Source: Marsupella aquatica (lineage: Eukaryota; Plantae; Marchantiophyta). From it: a stretch of DNA of 64,000 nucleotides. This document shows, one piece after another, positions 37,353 through 49,719 of the stretch; positions within the stretch are counted from its first letter, which is position 1; every line of letters starts with the position of its first letter. The translations under genes and the position numbers were made by a program. The stretch spans positions 12,898,238-12,962,237 of the forward strand of contig OZ316892.1 of NCBI GenBank assembly GCA_973895155.1, given 5' to 3'. A model generated the notes under the pieces. It saw nothing but the letters and a program-made list of their open reading frames with translations, was not told the origin of the DNA and did no database searches.

Positions 37353-37425
37353 GACCTTGTAGTATATTAATGGTAGCAATTCCCAATATCACACATGAGG
37401 TCCCAAATTCAAATCTCAACGGGAG
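37353..37425 (+). pseudogene. Decayed tRNA-Asp-like sequence or tRNA-derived SINE head
   Basis: TTGTAGTATA..TGGTAG..ATTCCC..TATCACAC..GA.GTCCCAAATTCAAATCTCAACGG resembles plant tRNA-Asp(GTC) with many G>A changes. It no longer folds as a cloverleaf. Confidence 0.4.
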
Positions 37426-37832
37426 TGCAACAAACCCATAAAAGCATAAACAATGATTAATATGGTATTCTATAAAGCTAACAGGTGCAAAACATAGAAC
37501 CTAAGTCAAAACATACAAAGGATGCACCCCTACAAAGGTCAATAATAGATAACCTCTACAAAAGACAATAAGAGATAAAATTTCAAGGAAATATAATAAG
37601 ACAAAAGTGAGTACCTTAATTATTAGTAGGTTGATCCCTGGCTCACTCATCTTCGGGTCCCTCCACGTACAGGCTGACCCTGCTGACTTTGAGTTTCTAA
37701 AACAACTCAACATTGTATAGATGCACATGAGCTTATTGGAAGTAACATGAAATGTGATCCATGGGTTACAAACTTTGGTTCATCAGTTTCCTGGCATCTA
37801 GTTTTGTGCTTGAGTGTTTTGCCCAAATAGCT

Positions 37833-38045
37833 TTTAGGTAAGTTGTCACTAAAGATGTTCTAATTAACAATATTGCCCCAAATTATTTTGGTATTTACAA
37901 AAGTAACATGGTTTTGTATATGGAGGACAAGTTCACCAAGGTAAGGAGGGGGAACTCTATATGAAAAAGGTGGCATATCTATAAATGCAAATAAATTAAT
38001 GACACTAGTGTCAATTAGAACATCTTTAGCTACAAAGTACCCAAA
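37833..38045. mobile_element. MITE-like element with about 40-bp terminal inverted repeats
   Basis: Left tttaggtaagttgtcactaaagatgttctaattaaca versus reverse complement of the right end, tttgggtactttgtagctaaagatgttctaattgaca. Confidence 0.7.
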
Positions 38046-39315
38046 TTTCTATGCACACAAACTTATTGGTTGTTACAGGGAATGTGATCCATAGGAAACT
38101 TGTTTAGAGACTTTGGTACATCAGCTTTCCTGGCATTGTATTTTCAGCTTAAAGCATCACTGTCCATGAAAAACCTGGATCCACCAGGTTTCACCATTTT
38201 TACACTTTTTTCTAAAATTGGGAAGCAAAATTCTCAGAAAAATGTGAAAAGTTACGTGAGAATTATTGAACGCTTCTCCTTTTATATGGACACTGGTGGT
38301 TTAAACTGTTTGCCCAAATTTTCTCCATGCAATGTTTCTTCACCCAAAACATGGTGTGCATAGAGACGAAACTGAGCTCCCTGAATTGTCGTGAAAGTGG
38401 GTGGGTGATGCTTGTGACGCAGCCGCTCGTGATCACGTCTAGCTGCATGCGATTTCGGGTTGAATGATGTCGACCTTATATTCTGGGATAGTAAACGATG
38501 ATCCCAATGAATGTCACGCAGCAGACAACGATGGTCTATTACTGTGATGGTCTAGACGCAGTGGAGCACCAGCAGAAATCTGAGCGCGGGCGCATCACCT
38601 GAGTGGAAGCTACAGTAATTAGCCTGACGTCTAGTTTCGTCGAGGCACAGAATGCGAAACTATATGGACTGGCGTTGGTGCTCTCGTTGTTTTGTTGGTG
38701 CAGGAGCTTCACCTCTCGTTGTGCTCTCTCTTTCTCGCCCTCAGTCTTTGGGAGCGCTCGTTTGCGTCGTCAATTCGTTCGCAACGACAGTCGTAGGTAG
38801 GTTGAAGCAGTTTTGTTAAATACTCCTCGCAGAAATCTTCTAACTAACTCTGTTACCATGCTATCTGTCTGGTTCAATTCGTTGGCAACTTGGTCGAAGC
38901 ATCTTCTCAAGCTCCCTGAAAGAAATCTTAGAGCTACTCACACTCATTCCCGCTTTTGTTCGCTGCTATAGTTGGTTTAGGCATTTTGTCGAAGCTCGGC
39001 GCAGAATCTTAGCTTTACAAACACTGTTCTGTGCATGGGTTTTCTGAGCATTCGGTGATGTTTGAATTTTACGTACTAAATTTTTGTAATGATGGCTTCT
39101 GCAGTTCACTTGAACGTCTTTGCGGCGATCGATTTGGACTCCCGGTTATCATGGTCTAACGAGCAACTGAAAAAAAAAAGGAATCTCGCACGGTTTCTTA
39201 CCCTGTCCCGTGTGATTTCTCAAGGCCCCTGCGGACGAATGGATGACATTTGTTAGGGAGAGGTCTCACTTCACTTGGGAATGCTGAGGCTGACATTGGC
39301 AGCATCCTGTGGTAA

Positions 39316-42300
39316 ATGCAGACGCTGGATCCAACCACGAAAACGAGAGTTTCTGTGACTCAGGCACTGTGCATGGAACTGTTCTCGGATCCAATGACAT
39401 GGCGAGATTCAGAGGTCATGTTCGCTGGGATGCCGCAGTACCCGTTGAGCGCAGCCGACCCTACGAAGCCGTCAGTTCAAGAGACTGACTTAATCGTTCT
39501 CGGTGGTTGTAATCTGAACACTCCTCAATTCGAAACTGGCCTCAAAGATTGCGACCGACTGTCAACGAGTAGTATGAAGTCATCCATGTTGACGATATAC
39601 AATATTGAGAGTGACGGAAGTCGACTTATGGGCGTTGGTCGCACATCTCCGTGCCCGACCACTAACACGCTGAGTTTCAACCGTCAACAACGCGAGCATG
39701 TTCATCACGATGAACTATTCCATGATTACCAAGTTTCTTCGCACGTGATCAACGCTCAGGAAGATGTACCGACTTTCGTTTCCTCGCCACTAGGCGGTAG
39801 CAATCATATTATTGCGTCTGGATTTCAGATTCCGGACGAGGTCGAGGATCTGCATCAACCATGTGGAGCATTACCCCACTACGGTCATACGTTTGAGGGA
39901 TCATATGCAATCGAGATCGGGTCAAGCTTCGGCTCGACGGATATGTCACTCAGCGCAGATGAATCCTCAGCCAAAACAGCAATCAAGATGCATGCACTGT
40001 ATCCGTATCTCGTTTCAGCTCACATCAATTGTTGTCAGGTACGTTTAGTCCTTAGATCTGCTTTCAGCACGTTCGGTAGCTGACATATATATAACGTTCT
40101 GTGGTCACGTTCAATTCTTGAAGAAACAAACAGACATGCTCTTGTAGACATTGGTGCATTTTCCGTTTCTACGAACCCAAGTTTGAATTTCTGGCTTGTG
40201 TCAATCAGTGGAGGATAAGCAATATTTAGATTTTACGGGACAGAAACTGTCGACAAAACAGCAGTCAGATTGTATACACATCGCGGCATATATCACCTGT
40301 TATGCTGGAGTGCAGAATATGAGTTATTACTGCGTTCAACTGATTGGCGAAAAGCGCAATCAACAAAAGAATATTATGACAATTGCAGAAAAATGTCAAT
40401 GAAAAACAACTCATCGGCGAGATAGAATCTTGGGCTCGGACGTTTCGAAGTTTGGTGCAATGATACTCTACAATGCAACTATAGATACCTTCTTGCAAAC
40501 CTGGGACAAGATTATGATCTCCTCTGTATAAATAAGTACAGAATCCCCGAATCCGAATGACGAAATGCTGAATTCTATACAATCAGAAACCATATTGCAT
40601 GTGATTGAGAAGTTAACATGATGAAGATAAATGTTGTATGAGAGTTATACAGGTAGGAGCGCAGCCGGCAGATCTCAAGATTTTGGAGGAGGCGCGCTCT
40701 AGGCATCAGCATCTTCAATCACGAAACAAATCTAGATCCTCGCCTTTTACCAAACCTGAGTTGGACAGCATCATGGTAAATCTGCCCTTCACTTCAAATC
40801 TTCGTGGCATTCTGGTGAGCAAGATCGATGTTCATACTGAAGGTTTGTCCACAATATATAACAACTCGGTCTGGGAAGTCTTACTACAGGCATGGTACCT
40901 CGGAATGCTTCTTGATATCAAAGAGAAGGTGCAAGAACCATTCTTCACCGAGATGAAGTGGTGCGACGGAGTCCTTGAGAAGCTAAAGCTGTTGGGTCCA
41001 TCCACCAGTCCAAGTCCAATCACAGGTATGATATAGTAGACAATAAATGCACGAATCGTCTAGCTCCAAAATTCCCACGTTAGAAGTTTTTATGTCGTTC
41101 ATGAAAATGTACCTCCAAAATAGTATTTTATCTCTTACCACTACCATCTATCCTCTTAGTCTCTAAGCAGAGCCTAATTCACTAGTAGCCCTGATTGCTC
41201 GAGTTTTTGCTCATAACTGGATGGTGAGCATTATTGTGGTTGTTTCCAGTTCCACCTCCAACGCTTCTGTGCCCCAGATCAGTCATAGAGGGTTCACTGT
41301 AGACCATATATAATCCCTTATCCTAGTTTTTGACCGCGCTTCATTAGATAGAGCTTCACTCTAGATCGTAGGCTCTTGTCTTAACATTTGATCACACTTG
41401 TTACTAAGTATAGATAGATTTGAAGGGCAGAACCAAATCCAGGGGGTGAGTGCATCTACAGAGGACACTCGATCTGATCTTGGCGGCACTTTTTGTGCTT
41501 ACCTTTATTTACGTCAGAAAGGAAGGGCAGTCCTTGTCAATCTAATAAGTAGTATGAGATGGATGGGATAGTCATCCCAAACCTTCTGCTCCCGTACTAT
41601 TACTTCTAAGCTCACATGAGATCTATGAAAATTAATATGCATTTTAGCAACTAAGATGATATAGACCTGGCATAACAGGTTTGAGCTCCATACAATGGGG
41701 TTTCGGGATCCCATCCGAGAACATATATAGAGTAACTTGATAATAGGTGAATCCAAAAGTGAAAAGAATCTATAAATCAAACGAAGTGAGTGATTCACAT
41801 AGCAAGGCGAAAATACTTAGTAAGATTGACAGAACAGAAGAAAACCAGATCGTGTTTTTTGAAAGGTAAGTTGGGTAACAATAGCCGTACTTCTCTTTTG
41901 AACTCAAAATTTCATATCGATCAAGAATGGTAAGGCCTCATCCACCTCAATCTGTGGATCATGACTGTGTTCACTAATCTTTGATTTGAGTCCCACGAAA
42001 TTTGACCAAGTTTGTTCACACATTCTTCGCATCCATTCATTCAACAACTTATGCCTGGTGAACTCAATCAATCCAAACGATGGTCTTGGCATCCATCGAC
42101 AAGCAATATGGGAGGAATATAAACACACTAAGAGGAAGGTTGGGCGTTTGACTAATTTCTGGAGAATCTAGTCCAGTTGAGTAGAAAGACGTCGTGAAAG
42201 AGTAAGATTTGGAACTTTCAGACGTCGGTGAGGTACTGAAGTGGAACTGTCGTTTCTTTTTTTCGCAGGCTTGGGTGGAGAAGGGCCACCTCATGCCGGT

Positions 42301-43338
42301 GGGAGGGAAGGACCCGCTTTGAAAACAGCGGAGACAAGGCACCAAGGTCACGAGCCCTCCTATGAGAAGCGAAATGACGCAATAGTGGAGCAATGGAAAC
42401 AAGACAAGATTGTGAAGCAGTGGCTAAGGTCAAAGCATGACCGCTCTGAGATATGTAACTTGAGAGGGCAGTGTAAAAAGAAACGCAGACAAGGGAAGCA
42501 TCCAGAAACCGCTCGAGAACGCCTGGTTGAGTGGTTTAACGACCATGGGGATTGGCCTTACCCTTCGGTATGTACCTCGGTCTCGCAAGTCCTTCTCTGA
42601 ACATTTTCAATAGAAGACTCTAGTATGAAGACGGAACGAGAACATTAAGAGGGCAATTCCAGACTCAATAAATTAGAGCAAGTACTCGAGCATATCCCTC
42701 AGCACTTCTCAGTACTATGTACGTGGCACTTGTTTCAATAGTAAAGGTTCTTCCAAGGAAGAGACACATGAATGGAAATTGATCTTGACGAAATTTTGCG
42801 CGGTAGAAAACTTTCATACTTAACGTTAGTATATAGAGATTGGTCATTAACTTCGTCATGAATAGATATTCGAGAATTGAATCTATATATAGATGAGGGG
42901 TTGTTGGTGAAGAACAGTTCATACTTCTGTTCACAATTATCGCAAAGTTATGCAAAGTGGACCCTTAACGTTAAGAACGTTACGTATGAAATTCCTTATT
43001 AAAGTCGTTCATTAGCTGAAAATGGACACAAGCTTGCAGAGACTTCACGTATGAAATAACGGGTTTTAATGTCCTACCAGGAGGAGGAGAAGCTAAAGTT
43101 GGCAAAGCAAACCAACCTGGAGACTCGCCAAATTAACAATTGGTTCATAAACCAGAGGAAACGGCACTGGGATAGTTCCACAAAGGAAGAGATGATTCAC
43201 CACGGTCAGCAGGACCTTGAATCTCGTGGACCAATTTCGGATCTAGAAACACTCGTCAACGACAGGGTTTATGTCCCCATGGATGTGTTCAACCCCTCTC
43301 ACAATTCTAGCTGCTCTTGGTCCACTAGGCTTACTTAA
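39316..43338 (+). CDS. KNOX1: Divergent class I KNOX (TALE homeodomain) transcription factor
   Basis: Exons 39316-40038, 40653-40775, 40890-41025, 42269-42567 and 43081-43338 join in frame. KNOX1 subdomain [26 protein letters not shown]2 PELDSIM, basic [21 protein letters not shown] and class I-type [10 protein letters not shown]. Confidence 0.88.
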
Positions 43339-43782
43339 TAGTTTTCCAACGGGATAGCGTAGACAGTTTGATTTAAAATGTCAAAAATTTACGACTCCTG
43401 TCAAAGACGACATTGCTTGCTGGAGACGGCTGGAAGTTTTCTTCGAGGGTCTTGTCTAGCCCGAAGCCGGCCTCTCACGACTGCAACGAGTAGACTCCCT
43501 CCTCCAGGATTACTGCCGCTATATGAAATGGGTTGATTGCACGGTTTAGAAAGGTCCCACCAAGTTTTCTCATTCGACAACTTACTGTAGACAATAATGT
43601 TTGGGGTTTGGGGACATCAAGTTTAATTCTCAACCAAACTCGGCAGACCAGTTTTTTTACAATAGACTGGGTTGGGAACCTAACAGTACCTTACAAGTGA
43701 TTTGGCTTGACCGTGCTACTATTTGCCATCATTCTGACCAAAGTACGGCAAGCGTCCCATTCACAACTCGTTGCAGATTCCC

Positions 43783-43849
43783 AGGGAGAGGGGGAAGTGG
43801 TGGGGGGGGGGGGGGGCGGGGGCGGGGGGGGGGTAAGAGGAAAGGGGGT
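43783..43849 (+). repeat. Poly-G tract / G-quadruplex-prone sequence
   Basis: About 32 nt of almost pure G at 43802-43833, flanked by further GGG runs. Confidence 0.7.
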
Positions 43850-45807
43850 TTACCAACCCAGCTCGATTTGACTTCACAGTTGGACCTGCAGCTCAACAGT
43901 CTCTGTAATGATCATCCGGGCGAGCCATGAGTATTTCAGTTGGGCAAATCAAATAAGTACCTTACCAGGATCGTTGTTTGTGACCCAAGACTTCCAATGC
44001 AGATGCTGGGGGCAGCACCAGTGGCCCCGGAGCTGATATCATTTCTTCCGCCGACTTTCGTGAAGCACAGTGAACAAGGATAGTTTGCAGCCAACAATGA
44101 CTGGTATATACAAGTACATAACAAACAAATGTATTCCGATGATCAAAGTGCATCTACGCCTACTAGCAAACGAGTAACCCAATCCCTTAAAAGTAGATCT
44201 AATCAACAACCCATTGTGAAGCTCAGGAGCGAACCCATTGCATCCAAATAAGAGACAGAAATAAAAAAAACGCCACAAAGATACAAGACAGTCTTGCAGC
44301 CACTTACAGTGACCTGGACTTTCGCGAGTCTTCCAAATCAAAAGTCATATTTCCCAGCACTTTTAGCCCGATCCAAATCTACGCACACATTGTCCCCCAC
44401 AAAGCCATCAAATAATTAAACCAAGGTGCCTCATAACTTGCTGGAAAGATGACCAGATCTCCGTCGTGCCTTTAAATTAAAAAAACGCTAGGTCTTATAT
44501 GCATGTCTTAGGCCGGCTACGCTACAAACAGCAGGCCTAAGGCCCAAATCTGACCTGTGAGGAAGATATGCTGCGACAAGGCCCGTAGCGCTGCCCGACG
44601 GGCCGGAGGCCTCTGCTTGTTAGGCAAGTTTTACCGCCCTAGTCCGTTATGGGAGCAATTAGTTGTGGACGAGATCAAAGTGGAATAAGTGACATCCAGT
44701 ACAACAACCTCCATCGAAGTCAAAGTGGTCAGAGTGGCATGACCAATGGCTTGTGTACGTAGTGTTCGTGTCAAAGTAATCCTCGCAGATAGCACAGAAT
44801 ACGTAGAAGCTGTTCAGACCTGCCATTGTGACTTCCTGACTTTTACTGGGAAACACTGGCGGTGCTCAACTTGCAAAAACCGCGGCTTTTAGTACAAACT
44901 AGCGTTAACCCTCGGGTGCAAGCGTTCATATCCGCAATTAAAAGTATATTTTGAAGGAGTGGTAGTGGTTCGCTAAGACAAATACCAGACTATTTCGTAA
45001 CCTTAATGCGACCGACATTTCTCAGCTAAACAATATCCAGGGCATAGTCAGATAAACTGTCAACGCTTGGGTAGAGGGACACCAATTCCGAAGTGGCACC
45101 AATGACGCTCATGAGCTATCGCTGACCAAACAGATATAAAATAGCATTTGGCATATCGAACACACCAGTTGCCTTTGATGGTACGACAAACACATGATTA
45201 GACACAACAAACTCCAAGATCTCCAGACATGATAAGTCAAGTTGGACTTATTGTACGTCTGCAAACATCTCATTGACATTAGCATTCAAGTTCGTCAAAA
45301 ACGCTTTCCTAAAATAGGGAGATTCATACCCACTAAGCTTTTGGAGTAAACTTGGCTCGTCTGTCAGACATAATTGACAACAGAACAAAACAAAATATTG
45401 CTATTCAGGTCGCCTGGAACAGAGAGTGAAGTGGAACCTTCCTGGCTAGATACTTCCTTTTCTTTATTGTCTCCCTTTCTTCCCCAAACACTACCCAAGA
45501 ACACAGATGATTCTAGAGACTAACTTCAAGGCATTCTCGTGGCACATCAGACTAACATCGGTAGAAGAAAAAATCACTACAGCGTCTACCTTTCCTCTGA
45601 AGAAATCACAATAAAAAGATATGAACAGTTATTGCGCAATCGGGAACTGGTCCAAGAGCGGCAACTGCAACAGCAACCAAATTGTTAATGCTCGCACCAG
45701 GGAGATAAGCTTTGTTGCAGAGCCAGTACATTTTCCACCGATCACTCTACAATATGAGAACATGCCGTGGTAGGAGAACCTAATACTTCACCACAGCACA
45801 CTGAAGG

Positions 45808-48800
45808 CTATGACAGCTGGACTTTGGCAGCCTCCACTGTTTTCAATAGCTCACGGATATCGCTGACCATGCTCATCTTCATGGCACTATACTCCCGGTG
45901 AGCTTTCTCCATGTTTTGTACTTCCTCGGACCATTTGCGCCTTCTCTCCTCAGCCTCGCTGAGCCGTAGCTTGATCAGTTTATGTTCATACTCTTCCTCA
46001 ATCTTTTCGTTTTTAGCTTGTACTATTCGTTGCAAGCCTTCAGCTTCCCTTCGAACTTCATCTGCGCGCATTTGAAACATTTTTGCCTCTGCTTGCTTGA
46101 TTTGAACAATGTTCTCCAGTTCTTCTATCTGTGCCTTTTGCCAGGCTCTCTCATGCTGCAACTCAGAAGCCTCATGTTTTTTCTCTTCTACTTCATGGTC
46201 AAAAAATTCAAGAGCTGCCCGTGCTCTCTCCAAGTCAGTACCATCACCATTAGGAGCTTTTATGACATGAATAGCGCCTCTAACAGCATCTGCAAGTCTA
46301 CTTGTCATTTCTCTCTCCTGAGGAAGCGGGATAGCATCCCTAACCTCATCAGCTCCAGAAATTACCCGTGGTGCTGGAGTTTCCTTCTCTCCTGCTGCCA
46401 AAATCAACAGCAATACGTCAGCATTTGAGACACTCGAAATCCACTCATATGACGGATTACATCACCTTAGGCTCATTCACGGCCGCAATGGTCCCAGAGC
46501 CTAAAACTTTACAGTCATCTGCATCTCGATGGGCTTTTTCGAGAAAGGAAAAGGGACAGTAGATCTCAAAGGCAGAAATGTCCGTTCCACACCTTCGTAT
46601 GTTTCTAAAAAGTTTGTCCAAAAAACCCAAGCCATCAAAACACGGACATGGACTATCAACAACCAGTGAGCAACTAGTTGAGCAGGTACTCTTTTGTCCT
46701 TTGTACATTCATCCAAGTCTTTTTTTATGAGTACTCTACGATTTGAGTTCGTAGTGCAAGTAGCTGGAACCAAGACTCGACTCGCAGAATTCACCTCAAG
46801 AGTAAAAATTGGTAAAATTGCAGACGACTCGATAACCTGGACGCATGGAAAAACCATCTAACCAATGCAAGTTTGTACGCATGCTTGATACACAGGTTTC
46901 CTGAAACGGTTCGACGACATTCCTAGTGTCCTTGGGTCAAAAAGTTCTTGCAAATCCTGGGACAGGTCTAGCAATCCCAAGCACTTACCAGCAAAAAACT
47001 TCAACATACTCTGGCACACTGCTTCAACGTCGCGCGAGCTGCCCAACTTAGCAAGTAACTGCTCTGCCTTGCCGAAAAGCTGTTTTCCTCTCAAATCTTC
47101 ACTTCTATGAAAAATTCTCCGAACACATTGCAGCTCCCTGGCCAGCACATCCAAAGGCCAATCCTTTGCGCATAACGTGAAAACATCCTTGACAAACCCA
47201 TACAGCTCAGAGGTATGGTCACATCCTATGCACCGAAATTGCATCACTGAGTCGCCACTAGTTCCTCTGGTGCTTATACCAGATGAGATGTGGCCCATTT
47301 GGATCCCACATTCTGAGTGGCACCAGTGAAGGCAAAAATCACAACCGATCCAACGACAAGTGTTCGCGTCGAAGTCGTATTTTGTGCAAACGACGCACAT
47401 GCAAGCATTACAAAATCCCGGTTTTGATGAGCAAACCTTGCACTCACAGTCATCTGCTGGAAGTTGGCTCTGGCAAACAAAGTTTCTACACTTGGTTCCC
47501 AGATATATTTCTGCCAAAGCAGCAGTCGTGAGGGGAATCTCAGGGTGCAAAAATGCTGGTATTCCAGTCTTCAGAGCGACTAAAATCTCCAACTGAGTCC
47601 GATGAGACTGGGAAAGAGAATCTGCGGTCAAATCAGACCGTCGCTGCAGAGTTCTTTGGAGACTTACAAATTCATCCTTTCTCTTGCTGCTTCCGAGGGT
47701 ATCTTGCAAACATTTTTTTAAACTCTCAAGGAAACTGCCAGGAACCTCTTGCAACTTTTGAGCCATACGAGGAATGGGTTCCGTGACAATGTCATGCAGC
47801 CAGTTCCGCTCAATTTTCCTCGAGTTATTCACTTTGGCAAAATCTTCTTCGACCATCATAACACCTTTTTCATGTCCTGCAGATTCCTCGTCTCTCTCCA
47901 CAAAGCCTCTACTGCCTGAGAGGCTCAATTCTCGCCCTGCATCTGCATCTGGTCTTCTTTCCCGGCCAGATAATTTGCGCTGATCGTATAGTCTGTCTTG
48001 CACACTTCCACTCTGTGAGGGGGAAGACCAACCCTCTTGCCGATGCCTGTCACGAGTGTCCTTGTGGATACTCCACGGTCTATGTGAAGTTCTACTTCTT
48101 TCATTGCAGCCGCTCGCAAGGCTTCCCTCATCCTTCCATCGAAGTTGCTCGCTTCCTTGAGAATGACCACCCTGTGAGCATTCGGTACGCCTAAGAGGGT
48201 TTTCCAGGGGTTCCATGGGTCTCTCATCCATAAAAGACCGACTACTATCTCTTGTCCCTTCACCGTTTCCAAGAGCTCCTTGTATTACATGCGTACTGCC
48301 ACTTTGTAAAAGTTTTTGGTAAAGGGGAACTTCACGGCGCTGCTTGATTCTGTCATGAGAACCTTCGGAACCTGTATGGAAAAGGGGCTCACGACCACCA
48401 AAAGAGCTCCCCCGGGAGCCTTCTGTGGGGTCGTCTCTCAAAAGCGAGATTTGACGACTAGAACAAGTTGTACCTTCCTTATCGTCGAAAGAGTTCTGAG
48501 TTAGGGAGCAGCTCGGATTGTGAAAAAACTGGTGTGAGAGAGAGAGCGAAAGGGAATTCGTGTATCCATTAGATTGACTCGGCGTTGGGCCGAACGACCT
48601 GAAGCTTCTCTCATTCTCCGAAGTCTTAGGAACCGGACCTGAACATTTTGACTTTGATTTCGTCCCTTGCCCAGAATGGTCTGACGATGCAAGGTGGAGA
48701 GAGGTGTCCGGAAGTGAAAGCGAGAGGAGAGGAGGCTCGGAGAGTTTTTGCTTCTTTAACTTTGACTTCTCCTTGCTCAGTTCTACATCATCCTCTCTCG

Positions 48801-49346
48801 CTCGTACCCTTTCCTTGAACGATTCACTTTGTACCTCTCTATAAATTTCAGTCTCTCTCTCCCTATCCTCTCTCCCACTTTTGCTCACCTTCAAGGATTC
48901 CCTTTCCCGTTCGCTCAACGGAGCCCATGAGCTTGACATTGTCAATGCCAAGTCCTTCTCGGCCTCCTTTCTCTCTTCCTCCTCAGACTTCTCGTCGTCA
49001 TCACCATTGTCCCCTCTTTCTGCCTCCTCCTTTTCCTCATCGTCATCCTCCGTCTCGCTCTTCTGGTCAAACTGCTCATCCAAGCTCTGTAGCTGTGCTG
49101 GAGATTTCCTCAGAACCTGCCTCTCACGAGCGTCAGCCTTCTTCCCCTTACCATCTCGCGTACAATTATCGTCTACTTTGCCATTCTCGTCTTCCTTGCC
49201 AATCCCGTCTTCCAAACCTTTATGTTCCTCGGCGTCCCTTGGTTCCTCCTTTACGATCTTTCTCCGCGGGCTTCCCTTGAGAACCTCCCGTTCGGATGCG
49301 ACCTCTGTTTCTTTAATTTTATTTCCAGCCCTTGATATCGTCTTCT

Positions 49347-49383
<37 letters not shown>

Positions 49384-49387
49384 CTGC

Positions 49388-49418
<31 letters not shown>

Positions 49419-49719
49419 GCTGCTGTTGTTGTTGTAGCTGCTGCTGTAGCTGTTGCTGCTGTAGCTGTTGTTGCTGCTTCTTCTTCTTCTTTTTCTTCCT
49501 CTTCTTCTTCAGCTTCTCCTCTGAATCTGCCTCTCCATCTCTCTCACTCTGCCCTTCGGCTTCTCTCGGCGCTGTACCCACTGCCACACCTGCTTCCTCC
49601 TCTTCTTCTTCGTCCTCCTCCTCTTCCTCCTCTGCTCCGATGTCGTTATCTGTAAGAGTCTTCACTTCACCATCCTCCCATTCGCTTTTCTCTACTTCGG
49701 TATCCTTTTCCCTCACCAT
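45808..49719 (-). CDS. OBE4: OBERON3/4 (TITANIA)-like PHD finger and coiled-coil protein
   Basis: Exon 49719-46989 (donor GTAAGT) joins exon 46394-45808 (NAGNAG acceptor) in frame. Motifs FFHNPSCSLTQNS, Oberon PHD CRNFVC..CECKVC..FCNACMC..WIGCDFCLHWCH, and coiled coil IVQIKQAEAKMFQMRADE. Confidence 0.92.
49351..49476 (-). repeat. CAG/CAA trinucleotide tract encoding a 42-aa polyQ-rich region
   Basis: (ctg)n/(ttg)n on the + strand; protein QQQQLQQQQLQQQLQ17KQ10, flanked by polyK. Confidence 0.95.

Noticed and set aside
41250-41445. Possible microexons in KNOX intron 3
   Set aside because: Splice signals are weak or phase-incompatible; the direct 41025/42269 junction is in frame.
46457-46857. 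Minus-strand ORFs as extra OBE exons
   Set aside because: The flanking exons already join in frame, and the candidate splice sites here have incompatible phases.
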